A model generated the notes under the pieces. The model saw only the letters and a program-made list of their open reading frames with translations, did no database searches and was not told where the DNA came from. 64,000 nt of DNA from Verrucomicrobiota bacterium (GTDB lineage Bacteria > Verrucomicrobiota > Verrucomicrobiia > Limisphaerales > UBA9464): the NCBI GenBank assembly GCA_041688515.1, contig JBDNHZ010000185.1:1376-65375 (forward strand), written 5' to 3'. How positions within the stretch are numbered: the first letter of the stretch is position 1; each line of letters starts with the position of its first letter. A program made the position numbers and the translations under genes. Shown piece by piece: positions 18,354 to 27,949 of the stretch.

Positions 18354-19031
18354 GTGGGACGAAGCTCCGTTCGCAGGCGTCGCTCTCTCGCTGATCTCCC
18401 AGAGGCCACCCCCTTCGCGCAGAAACGAGCCAAGGAACTGCTCGAAGGTCTTGTAGGACCCATCGACGTCGCGATTGCCGAGTACGTGGAAGCCCGGCAG
18501 GCCCGCGGTGCGATTCCGCTGTCGGTAACTGCCCGAGAGTATGCCCTGCTCCGCCCTTCCGCCGTGTCCTCCCCGCCGGTTTCCCAAGTCATCGACGAAT
18601 TCCTGGTCGCCGAGCGGTCCGCAGGACGAAGCGACCGCCACCTGGAGGATTCGGCATCCCGACTCGGGCGATTCCGGGACGACTTCAAGGTGCCGATGTC
18701 CGGCATCCGAGTGTCCGACGTCGAGCAGTGGATCGACGGCTAGGACGCGCCCCCCCTCAAACGGAAGCGGAAGAAGCACAGCGAGACCAAAATCTCCAAG
18801 CAAGCTTTCAAGGGTCGAACCCGGAGCAACCACCTGACCGCCATGCTGATCGTCGTCCTCCGGGCAGCCGACCCGGCCCAGTTCGAAATCCTGACCTGGA
18901 AGGAGATCCGGATTGCGTCCGGGGAGTCGTTCTATCGGGTCGAGGTGAAGCGCTCGCGCTTCGGGACTTCGAGGCTCGCCCTTCTCACCGGTGACCGGGT
19001 GAACGAGATACTCCGTTTACTCGGTTTGTGA
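18354..19031 (+). pseudogene. tyrosine-recombinase (phage-type integrase) remnant
   Basis: N-terminal SAM-like region (VIDEFLVAERSAGRSDRHLEDSASRLGRFRDDFKVPMSGIRVSDVEQWIDG) ends at an in-frame TAG 18741-18743. The same frame continues (RTRSNHLTAMLIVVLRAA...ILTWKEIRIASGESFYRVEVKRSRFGTSRLALLTG) and stops at 19031 without the HxxR...Y catalytic end. It lies 153 nt downstream of tRNA-Asp. Confidence 0.6.
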
Positions 19032-19447
19032 GCACCTCGGCACCCGCCGAATCCGCAGGGACGCTCATCCCGGACTCCACGAAACGGACCGGCGGTGTCA
19101 GTCCCGACACCAAAGCGGTGGCCGTGGCCGCAAGTCGCTTGAGCTGGTAACAGTTGATCCTCAACTCTCGGGCCATGCGGGCCAGACCCTAATCCCCCGC
19201 TTCCTTCGCGCCTTTGCATCTTCGTTGTTCACTCGCGTCATCAGGTGGCAACCGTCGGTCACCAGCCATTGTTCTCCAACCATCGCACAAGATCCTGCTC
19301 AACAATTCGCCACTCCTGCCGGGTGAGCGGGCGGATAGACAGCAAGTCACGGAATACCTGGCATGCGTGGAGACGCACCATCCGGCGGGTCACGCCCGGG
19401 GTAAGCGGAGGAGGCTGGATCTCAGCAGGCGGCCGGCTGTTTTTCAC
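18985..19447 (-). mobile_element. possible degraded IS accessory (IS66 TnpA / IS3 OrfA-like HTH) gene fragments
   Basis: Two short minus-strand ORFs in different frames. 19259..19447 reads ...RPLTRQEWRIVEQDLVRWL. 18985..19176 reads ARELRINCYQLKRLAA...TPPVRFVE. These recall the RRxWTxEEKxRIV ... VARxxGxxxxLLxxWRR ... FVPV layout of IS66-type TnpA. Weak, pattern-level similarity only. Confidence 0.3.
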
Positions 19448-19626
19448 GAGACATGTCGATGGGGTTACCCGGCGGATGTTGTAGCACTCCCGGTATCGTA
19501 CCGGTCGGCTGCCCGGTGCGACTACTGGTGAGAACGCGATCCGTCGGTGAGTGAAAGGACTAGCCCGGATATTTCACAGGCATTCGACGCGGAATGCAGC
19601 GGAAGATCGGCACCCCACCCGGGTGT

Positions 19627-21057
19627 TCAGATCCGTGCCGGCGGCACCCCGGGTTCCAACGAGGCACGGACCCTGGGCAGCGCCTGAGGATACCGCTCCT
19701 GGAGATGGGCGATCAGTTTCTCACGGATTTCGCAGCGCAGATTCCATGCCTTGGAGGCGTCGGCGGACGTCGCCAGCACCCGGAGTTGCATGGCGCGATC
19801 GGTTGTTTCCGTCACCTGCAGGTTCCAGAAGCGTCGGTCCCAGTCACCGCACCCCTTCACAATCTGTTCGATCGCCGGCCGCAGTTCGGCGAGCGGCAGG
19901 GTGAAATCAACCCACACAAACACGGACCCGAGGATATCCGCCGATTTCCGCGTCCAGTTCTGGAAGGGCTTCTCGATGAAATGGCTGAGCGGCACGATGA
20001 GACGGCGGTCATCCCAGATGTGCACCACCACGTAAGTGAGGCTGATCTCCTCGATGCGGCCCCATTCGCCCTCGACGATGACGACGTCGTCGATCCGGAT
20101 CGGCTGGGTCATGGCGATCTGGAATCCGGCGAAGAGGTTCGCGATGGTGCGCTGGGCCGCGAAGCCGATGATGATTCCCAGCACGCCCGCCGACGCGAGA
20201 ATGCTTGTGCCGAAGCGCCGGACTTCATCGAACAGCATCAGCACGGACGCCGCAGTGAAGATTCCGATGATGACGGAGAGCGTCTTGCCCAGCACGTGAA
20301 CCTGCGTGTACACCGTGCGCGCCTGGAGGTTGTCCGCCGCTTTGATGTCGTATTGGGACAACACGGCCTTCTCCGCCAAGGCGACCGCCTGGAACAGGAT
20401 GTAGGCGACCGCACCGATGATGAGGATGCTGCTCGCCCTGCCGAGGACGCCGGCGGATTCCGGGGACAATCCGATCATCGGCAGGGCGAAGATGACACCG
20501 ACCACCGGAACAATGACGCGCAGGCTCCGCCCGAGCAGCGGCACCACGAGGTCGTCCAGCTTGCTCTCCGTCCTGCCTGCCCATGCTTTAAGACCGGCTT
20601 CCAAGACATGGGTGGATTTGAAGAACAGCCAGAAAACCGCGACAAAAATGCCGGCGTTGAACAGCGTGTCGAAGAGCAGCCGTGCGGGGTGGGATCCATC
20701 GGTGCCCGAGAGCTTCAACAGCACGGGGGTCGCGGCGATGCCGACGCCAAGGATCCAGAGGAGGAGGTAGAGCGGGCGTCCGATGGTCCGCCAGAACATC
20801 GCCCTCCATTGACCCGATTCGGAGCCACCTTCGGCTTGGCGGACCTTCCGTCTGAGGAACGAGGCCGCAAGACCATTGACCACCACCACCAGAAGGACCA
20901 GGCAGAGGACGACACCCCCGTCTGCCCGGGAGAGGTTCCCGAAAAGCGGTGCACCGACCTCCGGTCCAAAAATCTGTTCCGCCAGGGTGGTCAGCAGTTT
21001 TGTCAGGCCAACGGCGATGCCGTCGAGGAAGCCATTTCCGGCCGCAGTGGTGTTCAT
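19627..21057 (-). CDS. MscS-family mechanosensitive ion channel
   Basis: Multiple N-terminal TM helices, then the MscS core LGIIIGFAAQRTIANLFAGFQIAMTQPIRIDDVVIVEGEWGRIEEISLTYVVVHIWDDRRLIVPLSHF. ATG 21057 overlaps the treY stop (ATGA 21054-21057). Confidence 0.9.
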   Translation of the reverse strand: MNTTAAGNGFLDGIAVGLTKLLTTLAEQIFGPEVGAPLFGNLSRADGGVVLCLVLLVVVVNGLAASFLRRKVRQAEGGSESGQWRAMFWRTIGRPLYLLLWILGVGIAATPVLLKLSGTDGSHPARLLFDTLFNAGIFVAVFWLFFKSTHVLEAGLKAWAGRTESKLDDLVVPLLGRSLRVIVPVVGVIFALPMIGLSPESAGVLGRASSILIIGAVAYILFQAVALAEKAVLSQYDIKAADNLQARTVYTQVHVLGKTLSVIIGIFTAASVLMLFDEVRRFGTSILASAGVLGIIIGFAAQRTIANLFAGFQIAMTQPIRIDDVVIVEGEWGRIEEISLTYVVVHIWDDRRLIVPLSHFIEKPFQNWTRKSADILGSVFVWVDFTLPLAELRPAIEQIVKGCGDWDRRFWNLQVTETTDRAMQLRVLATSADASKAWNLRCEIREKLIAHLQERYPQALPRVRASLEPGVPPARI

Positions 21058-23666
21058 GAAGCGTGGGTTGCCTGGGTTGAGGCCCGGGCGTCCGGATCGA
21101 TCTTTTCCAGAAGTGCCACCGGAAAATCGGCCAGCACTTCGGCCAGCATCACGGAGGGGTTCCCTCCGAGTGCCCGGACTTCGAGATGCGCCCCGGTGAA
21201 AACATTGCGGAGACGACAGCCGGAAAGCGCCGGCGGGAGGGCCAACCGCGTGTCGCCCCAGATTTCTCCACCAACGGGGATCGGGTCCCGGCCTCCGGCA
21301 AGTCCATGGACCAACCGGGGCACCACCGTGATGGCAATGGTGCCTCCCAGGGATCGGGCGAAGGCGCAGACATGCATCGTGCGCACCCCTGTTGCGGACA
21401 GGGGAAGATAGTCACCTTTGCGGTAAAGCAGCTCGTGTAGCCGACGGAAATGGAGCGTCCGGTGGATGACCGACATCTTGATCCGGCCATCATCCGAAGC
21501 CTCGCGAAACGTTCCGGTGGTGAGGGGGACGGTTCTGGACCTGGACTCCCGCTCCAAATGCTTCAAAGCCTCCTCCCGCACGCCGTAGTCAACCGGCCGG
21601 CGGTTGTCCGGATCCACCAGACTCAAATCCCACAGTTCGGTTCCTTGGTAGAGGTCCGGAACGCCCGGCGTGGTGAGTTTGAGCAGCGTCTGCGCCAACG
21701 AATTGATGCGACCGGCTACGATCACGTCCGGGAGGAACTGCTCAAGCATCCCGACGAACTCCGGGTCGCCGATCACCGAGGAGACGAAACCCGCCAGCGC
21801 CTCGTCATACGCAGCATTCCGGTCGGTCCAGTTGGTGTGCTGCTTGGCCTCGCGCGACGCCTTCTCCATGTAGGCCAGCGCGCGATCCACCGGCAGCGGC
21901 CAGGCCCCCACCAGGATCTGATAAAAGAGGTACTCGGCATTCCGGTCCGGCAGGCCGTCGCGGCGATGGCGCTCATTCCAGTCCGACCATCGACGTACGG
22001 CCTCAGCCCACCGGTCCGGAATCTCCGACAAAACGGTGAGCCGGGCCCGGACATCCCCACTGCGCTTGGTGTCGTGGGTCGTCGACGCCAGCATGGTCCC
22101 CGGCCATTGCTCCAGCGAGCGACGGCAGGCGGCATGGAACGTCTGCAATCCCACGCCAAAGTGAGAAGGATCGCCCCCCACCTCATTGAGGACTACCAGG
22201 CGGTTGAAGCAGTAGAACGTGGTATCCTCAACCCCCTTGGCCATGGCGGGTCCGGCCAACTGCTGAAAGCGCATCACGAACTCGGCCTCCAATCCCTCCT
22301 CCAGACGATCCTGAAGGAGGTCACCAATGAAGGTCAGTATCCAGGGAGCAGGCGTGGGGTGCTCCTGCGTCGCCGATGCGAGCGCCTGCGCTATCCAGGC
22401 ACGGTCGGCATCGGACCGTCCGCTCTTTCCCACCTGGGCATAGGTTCGATAAACCGGAAAACAAACCAGCATCGCGACGATCGCCTGTCGCGTCTCGTCG
22501 AAACCCACCGCCCGTTCCGGGCAGCGCGCAGCGAGGATCACTTCCAGCAAGCGGACCAACCGTTCCACCTCGGTGAGGAGCTGGTTCGTCAGGATCCACC
22601 GCTTCTTTTCCCGCACCATTGGACCGTAGTCAGTCGGTTCCCCGGTGAATCGGGAGTAGAACTCCGTGATCGGCCGCTCCCCGGCGGGGTCAACAAACAA
22701 TTCGTCAACCCGGGCGAGATAGTCGTAGCCCGTGGTGCCATCGACCGGCCAGTCGACCGGGAGGTCCTCGCCCGGCTCCAGGATCTTCTCAACGACGATC
22801 CACGCGCCCGGAACGGACTCCCGCAAGTCCGAGAGATACTGCTGCGGATCACGCAACCCGTCCGGATGATCCACGCGCACGCCGTCGATCCAACCCCGCC
22901 GGTGCCAGTCGATGATGCGATTGTGAGTGGCCGTGAAGACTTCCGGCCGTTCAACACGGATCCCCGCGAGGTCGGTGATGGTGAAGAAGCGCCGGTAGTT
23001 CAACCGGTGATCGCCCTGCCTCCAGAAGGACAGCCGGTAATGCTGCAACTCCAGCAGGCGGACCAGGGACTCCCGGTCGGTGTTGAACCCGGCGATCGCC
23101 TCCTCCCGCAATGTCCCGGGGGCGGGGAGGGTCTCCGGGTTGACCGGATACCGGTGGTCAAAATACCGGACCATCACCTCGCCGCCCTCGGACAGCACAC
23201 CGAGTTCATCCCGTTCCAAGACCTGCTGCAGTTCATCCCCCAGCACAGGCAGGAGAACCTTGCCCCTCAACCCGTCCCCAGGCGACTCCCAGTCGATGTC
23301 GAAGTAGCCCGCAAACGGGCTCTTTCGTCCGTTCCTCAGCACATCCCACCACCACGGATTCTCCCGTGCGGCAGCCATATGGTTGGGAACAATGTCCAGC
23401 ACCAGGCCCAGGCCCCGCTCACGGAGTGCGGCAACGAACGCCTCGAATTCCGCAGCGGTGCCCACCTCGGGATTGACCCGGGTCGGGTCGCAGACGTCGT
23501 AGCCGTGGGTGCTGCCCGCCCGGGCCGCGAGCAACGGGGATGCATAGGCATGGCTCACGCCCAGCGCGGCGAGATAGGGCACGATGGCCAGCGCATCCCG
23601 CAGCGTGAACCCGCGATGAAACTGAAGCCGGTAGGTGGCCCGCGGCCGCTTCGTTTCCATGCTCAT
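21054..23666 (-). CDS. treY: malto-oligosyltrehalose synthase
   Basis: ATYRLQFHRGFTLRDALAIVPYLAALGVSHAYASPLL...GSTHGYDV, LVLDIVPNHMA, GVRVDHPDGL. Start set at ATG 23666 (MSMETKRP), overlapping the GH57 stop (ATGA). Confidence 0.9.
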   Translation of the reverse strand: MSMETKRPRATYRLQFHRGFTLRDALAIVPYLAALGVSHAYASPLLAARAGSTHGYDVCDPTRVNPEVGTAAEFEAFVAALRERGLGLVLDIVPNHMAAARENPWWWDVLRNGRKSPFAGYFDIDWESPGDGLRGKVLLPVLGDELQQVLERDELGVLSEGGEVMVRYFDHRYPVNPETLPAPGTLREEAIAGFNTDRESLVRLLELQHYRLSFWRQGDHRLNYRRFFTITDLAGIRVERPEVFTATHNRIIDWHRRGWIDGVRVDHPDGLRDPQQYLSDLRESVPGAWIVVEKILEPGEDLPVDWPVDGTTGYDYLARVDELFVDPAGERPITEFYSRFTGEPTDYGPMVREKKRWILTNQLLTEVERLVRLLEVILAARCPERAVGFDETRQAIVAMLVCFPVYRTYAQVGKSGRSDADRAWIAQALASATQEHPTPAPWILTFIGDLLQDRLEEGLEAEFVMRFQQLAGPAMAKGVEDTTFYCFNRLVVLNEVGGDPSHFGVGLQTFHAACRRSLEQWPGTMLASTTHDTKRSGDVRARLTVLSEIPDRWAEAVRRWSDWNERHRRDGLPDRNAEYLFYQILVGAWPLPVDRALAYMEKASREAKQHTNWTDRNAAYDEALAGFVSSVIGDPEFVGMLEQFLPDVIVAGRINSLAQTLLKLTTPGVPDLYQGTELWDLSLVDPDNRRPVDYGVREEALKHLERESRSRTVPLTTGTFREASDDGRIKMSVIHRTLHFRRLHELLYRKGDYLPLSATGVRTMHVCAFARSLGGTIAITVVPRLVHGLAGGRDPIPVGGEIWGDTRLALPPALSGCRLRNVFTGAHLEVRALGGNPSVMLAEVLADFPVALLEKIDPDARASTQATHAS

Positions 23667-26092
23667 CCGTTGACCTTGAATCCCAGTTGCTCGCTCAGGC
23701 GATCGAACTGGGCCAGCCATTCCACGGAGGCCGTGTCCCCCTGGTCGGCCTTCGAGCGTCGCTCCGCGGCGATCGTCTTCAGCATCCCGAAGCAGAGATT
23801 CTGGGTCTTCCAGAGATTCACCTCGATGCCCATCATGCGGACGACCTCAGCCAAGTTTGCCGTGCGGGTCAGCAGCGTCATGTCGTCCGGAGACTGCATC
23901 AGACGTTCCATACACCGGTCGATGTTGCCCTTGATGGCGTATCCGAGCATTTCGTGCTGCAGTTCGACACTGTCGGCGCGCGCCTCCTCCACAAGGGCCT
24001 TCACCCGGGCGGGATCGGCGGCATCGGATTCGAACTGTCGACGCAGATCGCAGTTCAGCACGAAGTCGACGGCCGTCTTCAGCTCAGCCGGTGCCGGCGC
24101 GCCGATGTCCTTCAGGAAGCGGGCGAGCGGAGTGTACTGGTTGGAAATGTCACGGTAGTGCTTCTCGATATCCAGGCTGGTGGATGCCAGCACCTGCTTG
24201 ATGATTTTTCGCTGCTCATCCCGGAACAGGTATTTCAGCGTGTAATAGGACTCTCCGAAATGGCGGTCCATGAGCCGGATCACGGTCGGAAAGTCGGCGC
24301 GGTTGAAGGCCTCGGTGAACTCGGCCACCAGCTTCTCAAACGCCTCTTCCCCCCGGAAGAACCGCACGCCGCCGTTCACATTATGATCCCCCAGGTGCAG
24401 GGCCGCGTAGCTGATTACGTCGGAGGCCCGCGTAATGTCGAAGGTCACCTTGGACCGTCCGATGATGAGCCGGGCCTTTCCGGCGGTCAGCAATTCGCGA
24501 TGCTGTTGCTCGAAGGTGAAGGCGTAGATGTGTCCCTTCTCGGGATACGTTTCGAACAGCGAGCTGACGGCGAAATGCGCCCCAACCTTCTCGCGATCGA
24601 TGATCGCCGGCTTGACGAACTTCTCATAGATCACCTTCCCGTTGCGGTGTTCGGAAATATTGCTCGGCGCCTTGGCCAGGCGCTCGACGAAGCCGGGTTC
24701 CAGGTCCTCACCACAGAGGTTCTGGAGCAGCTGGAGGGCGCGGCCGGCGTACTGGATCACCTGCACCGTCTCGATCCCGGACAACTCGTCGAAGAACCAT
24801 CCGCAGCTGGTATACATCAACATCGCGTGGCGCTGGAGCTCCATCAGGCGGAGGAACGCCAACTGCTGCTCCTCATTCAGCGGATGCCGGGCGTGACGCC
24901 CGATGAATGCCGCAAGGCTCGCGTCGGAACGGTCGAGGATGACGGAGACATAATCATCGCGGGCGGCCCACGGATCCTTGACCAGCACGGCAGCCTGCGC
25001 CTCGAAGCGCGAGTACAGTTGATCGCGCAGCCAGTCCAGCGCCTCGCGCAGCGGGCCGCGCCACCGCTGGTTCCATCCCGCCCTTCCGCCGCTGTTGCAA
25101 CCGCAGTCCGTGAACCAGCGTCCCACCCCGTGCGAGCAGCTCCAGGCGCTCTTCTCATGGATCTGCGCCTCCATCGCCGGAGGATGGTTCTCCAGGTACT
25201 CGCCGTAGTTGGTGAGCTTCGCCAGGTGGTTGGACTCGATGTGATTCAGCGCGTGAGCCAGGCCCATTTCGCCGTACCGATGGTGGTGCCCGTAGGATTC
25301 ACCGTCGGTGGCGATGTGAACGAGCTGGTCCCAGTCACGCCCGTCGTCAAACCCATCGGCGAGCCGGTGCGCAAAGGTTTCCCCGCTGTTCAGCAACCCC
25401 TCGAAGGCAACCGCCTTGGAGATGTGCGCGTCGTAGAAGAAGACCACGATGCTCCGTTGGGAGGGCAGCTTCACGAGGTACGGACGCGACGGGTCCACCC
25501 GGCCTCCGCTGACGTCGGACCACTCCCCGCCCTGCAGGGGTCGGATCCGGTTCGCCTGGTAGGGGGAGAGGATGGTGAACTTGATTCCCTGCTCCGCCAG
25601 CACCTCGAGGGACGGCGTGTCCGCGGCGGTCTCCGAGAGCCACAACCCCTCCGGCTTGCGGCCGAAGCGATGCTCGAAGTCGCGGATACCCCAGATCACC
25701 TGGGTCTTCTGGTCCCGGGGATTCGCCAGCGGCAGGATGATGTGATTGAACACCTGCGCGATCGCCGAGCCGTGCCCGGAGAATCGCAGGCAGCTCTGTT
25801 GGTCCGCCTCCACGATGGACGCGAGGATCTCGGGACAATTCTGTTCCATCCACGCCAGCAGGGTCGGCCCGAAATTGAAGCTGATACGCGAGTAGTTGTT
25901 GACGATGTCCACGATGCGCCCGTCGCCATCCAGCGTCCGGGCGGTGGCATTGGGCGCGTAGCATTCGGCGGTGACGCGCTCGTTCCAGTCGTGGTAGGGA
26001 TAGGCGGAGTCCTGCAGCTCAACCGCCTCCAGCCAGGGATTCTCGCGCGGCGGCTGATAGAAATGTCCGTGTAAACAGAGGAATCGTTCCAT
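23663..26092 (-). CDS. glycoside hydrolase family 57 protein (long form with C-terminal DUF3536-like extension)
   Basis: N-terminus MERFLCLHGHFYQPPRENPW and ...HIATDGESYGHHH..., typical of GH57 alpha-glucan-active enzymes; 809 aa. Confidence 0.85.
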   Translation of the reverse strand: MERFLCLHGHFYQPPRENPWLEAVELQDSAYPYHDWNERVTAECYAPNATARTLDGDGRIVDIVNNYSRISFNFGPTLLAWMEQNCPEILASIVEADQQSCLRFSGHGSAIAQVFNHIILPLANPRDQKTQVIWGIRDFEHRFGRKPEGLWLSETAADTPSLEVLAEQGIKFTILSPYQANRIRPLQGGEWSDVSGGRVDPSRPYLVKLPSQRSIVVFFYDAHISKAVAFEGLLNSGETFAHRLADGFDDGRDWDQLVHIATDGESYGHHHRYGEMGLAHALNHIESNHLAKLTNYGEYLENHPPAMEAQIHEKSAWSCSHGVGRWFTDCGCNSGGRAGWNQRWRGPLREALDWLRDQLYSRFEAQAAVLVKDPWAARDDYVSVILDRSDASLAAFIGRHARHPLNEEQQLAFLRLMELQRHAMLMYTSCGWFFDELSGIETVQVIQYAGRALQLLQNLCGEDLEPGFVERLAKAPSNISEHRNGKVIYEKFVKPAIIDREKVGAHFAVSSLFETYPEKGHIYAFTFEQQHRELLTAGKARLIIGRSKVTFDITRASDVISYAALHLGDHNVNGGVRFFRGEEAFEKLVAEFTEAFNRADFPTVIRLMDRHFGESYYTLKYLFRDEQRKIIKQVLASTSLDIEKHYRDISNQYTPLARFLKDIGAPAPAELKTAVDFVLNCDLRRQFESDAADPARVKALVEEARADSVELQHEMLGYAIKGNIDRCMERLMQSPDDMTLLTRTANLAEVVRMMGIEVNLWKTQNLCFGMLKTIAAERRSKADQGDTASVEWLAQFDRLSEQLGFKVNG

Positions 26093-26098
26093 GAAGTC

Positions 26099-27949
26099 TT
26101 ATTTTTTCACAGGATTGCAGTAGAGCGCAAAGGATGTCTTGGAGATCTCCAGACGCACACGGCCTTCCGACACAATCTCCGGCGCGGTCAGCGATCCAGG
26201 TCCGCCCCATTGCGGGTCGGCCGAGTCCAACCGCCGGAGCCATCGGCCAGGCGGCAAGGGCAGGTCCATCGCACGCCGTTCCGGGGAGAAGTTGAAAAGG
26301 AGGAGAATCTCGCTGTCTCCACACCATTGCCGGATGACGAGGACGCTCTCCGCCTCGAACGCCATGGTTTCCAAGGTCTCCTTCTCAACCCTGGAAAGTG
26401 CCGGCACCTGCGTCCGCACCGCCAGAAGCTCACGGTGGAATTCGCGCAACTCTTGGTGCGCGCCTTCCTTGCCGAGGGCGTGGTTGAGTTTACAACGCAG
26501 GAAGGTGGCCTCGTCCTGAGGATCGGGCACCTCCCCCTTCCATCCAAACGCGGCAAACTCCTCGCGCCGCCCCTTGCGAACCGCCTCGACCAGCGCCGGA
26601 TCCGTGTGGCTGATGAAATACTGGAAGGGCGCCGTCTCGCCGTACTCCTCGCCCATGAAGAGCATGGGGACAAACGGCGACAGAAGCAGTGCCCCCGCTG
26701 CGAGCCGCTGCCGGGCGGGTAAAATCGAGCCGCTGATGCGGTCGCCGAGCATCCGGTTGCCGATCTGGTCGTGGTTCTGGCTGCAGACCACAAACTGTCC
26801 CACGGGATTCAGGCGGGGATTGCTGCCATGCCGGTGTCCCCGGTGGGGGGCGTACTCGCCGGTGTAGGCGTATCCCTCCCGCCAAACCTTGGCGAACTGC
26901 CGGACGCCCTTGAAGTCCGAGTAATAGCCGCTCTGCTCGCCGGTCAGCAGCACGTGCAGGCAATGATGGAAATCATCGCTCCATTGCGCATCAAGACCGT
27001 ATCCACCGAGTTCGACCGGCAGGATGTGCCGCGCCATGTTCATGTCGCTCTCGGCGATGAGATGAAACGGGCGGCCAAGGATCTCCGCCTGCCGGTGGCA
27101 GGCCGAGGTCATTTCCTCCAGAAACGGAACCGCCGAGAAATCGCGGATGGCGTGGACGGCATCCAACCGGAGCGCATCGATATGAAACTCGGTCTGCCAG
27201 TAAAGCGCGTTCTCGGTGAAGTACCTCCGGACGCCGTCGCTTTGCGGTCCATCGAAGTTCAGGGCCAGTCCCCACGGGGTGCGATAGCGATCCGTGAAGT
27301 AGGGCGCGAATTCGCCGAGGTAATTCCCCTCCGGGCCCAGGTGGTTGTAGACCACGTCCAGAATGACGGCGACTCCGTGCGCATGAGCGGCATTGACGAG
27401 CCGTTTCAAACCCGTAGGCCCCCCGTAGGAATCCTGCACCGCGAACGGGCTCACCCCGTCGTAGCCCCAGTTCCGTGTTCCCGGGAATTGCGCGACCGGC
27501 ATCAGCTCGATGGCGGTGATGCCGAGGTTCCTCAATTCGGCGAGATGGCCGACCACGCCGTCGAACGTGCCCTCCGTGCTGAACGTCCCAACGTGGAGTT
27601 CGTAGATCACATGGTCACGCAGTGGCGGTCCGGACCACGCCTGATCAGTCCACGGAAACCCCGGGTCCACGACCCGCGACGCTCCATGAACCCCCTGCGG
27701 TTGCCAGCGTGAAGCCGGGTCCGGACGTGTGGGTCCGCCATCAAGCCGGAACAGGTAGTCGCTGCCCGCAGGGACACTTTCAACCAAGGCGGCATGGTAA
27801 CCCATCGCGTCCTTCTGCAGCGGCAGCACCCGCTCCGTTGTGCCGGGGAGGTGAAGTTCGACCCGCTCGACGCCGGGCGCCCAGACGCGGAAGGAACACC
27901 GATCCACACCCTGCGGAATCGCACCAAGGAAAAGGGGGGGAGGATTCAT
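26099..27949 (-). CDS. treZ: malto-oligosyltrehalose trehalohydrolase
   Basis: GH13 motifs [51 protein letters not shown]. Start set at ATG 27949 (MNPPPLFLG), overlapping the glgB stop (ATGA); the ORF-track start is 28030. Confidence 0.9.
   Translation of the reverse strand: MNPPPLFLGAIPQGVDRCSFRVWAPGVERVELHLPGTTERVLPLQKDAMGYHAALVESVPAGSDYLFRLDGGPTRPDPASRWQPQGVHGASRVVDPGFPWTDQAWSGPPLRDHVIYELHVGTFSTEGTFDGVVGHLAELRNLGITAIELMPVAQFPGTRNWGYDGVSPFAVQDSYGGPTGLKRLVNAAHAHGVAVILDVVYNHLGPEGNYLGEFAPYFTDRYRTPWGLALNFDGPQSDGVRRYFTENALYWQTEFHIDALRLDAVHAIRDFSAVPFLEEMTSACHRQAEILGRPFHLIAESDMNMARHILPVELGGYGLDAQWSDDFHHCLHVLLTGEQSGYYSDFKGVRQFAKVWREGYAYTGEYAPHRGHRHGSNPRLNPVGQFVVCSQNHDQIGNRMLGDRISGSILPARQRLAAGALLLSPFVPMLFMGEEYGETAPFQYFISHTDPALVEAVRKGRREEFAAFGWKGEVPDPQDEATFLRCKLNHALGKEGAHQELREFHRELLAVRTQVPALSRVEKETLETMAFEAESVLVIRQWCGDSEILLLFNFSPERRAMDLPLPPGRWLRRLDSADPQWGGPGSLTAPEIVSEGRVRLEISKTSFALYCNPVKK

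Noticed and set aside
21450-26074. Very long plus-strand ORFs (21450..24158, 902 aa; 23687..26074, 795 aa). Similar ones occur at 1188..2534, 15607..16665, 28627..30018, 39801..41741 and 54363..55760.
   Set aside because: They lie antisense to genes with unmistakable enzyme motifs. Their translations are Arg/Pro/Gly-rich and low in complexity, with no motifs. This is a typical GC-rich shadow-ORF artefact.
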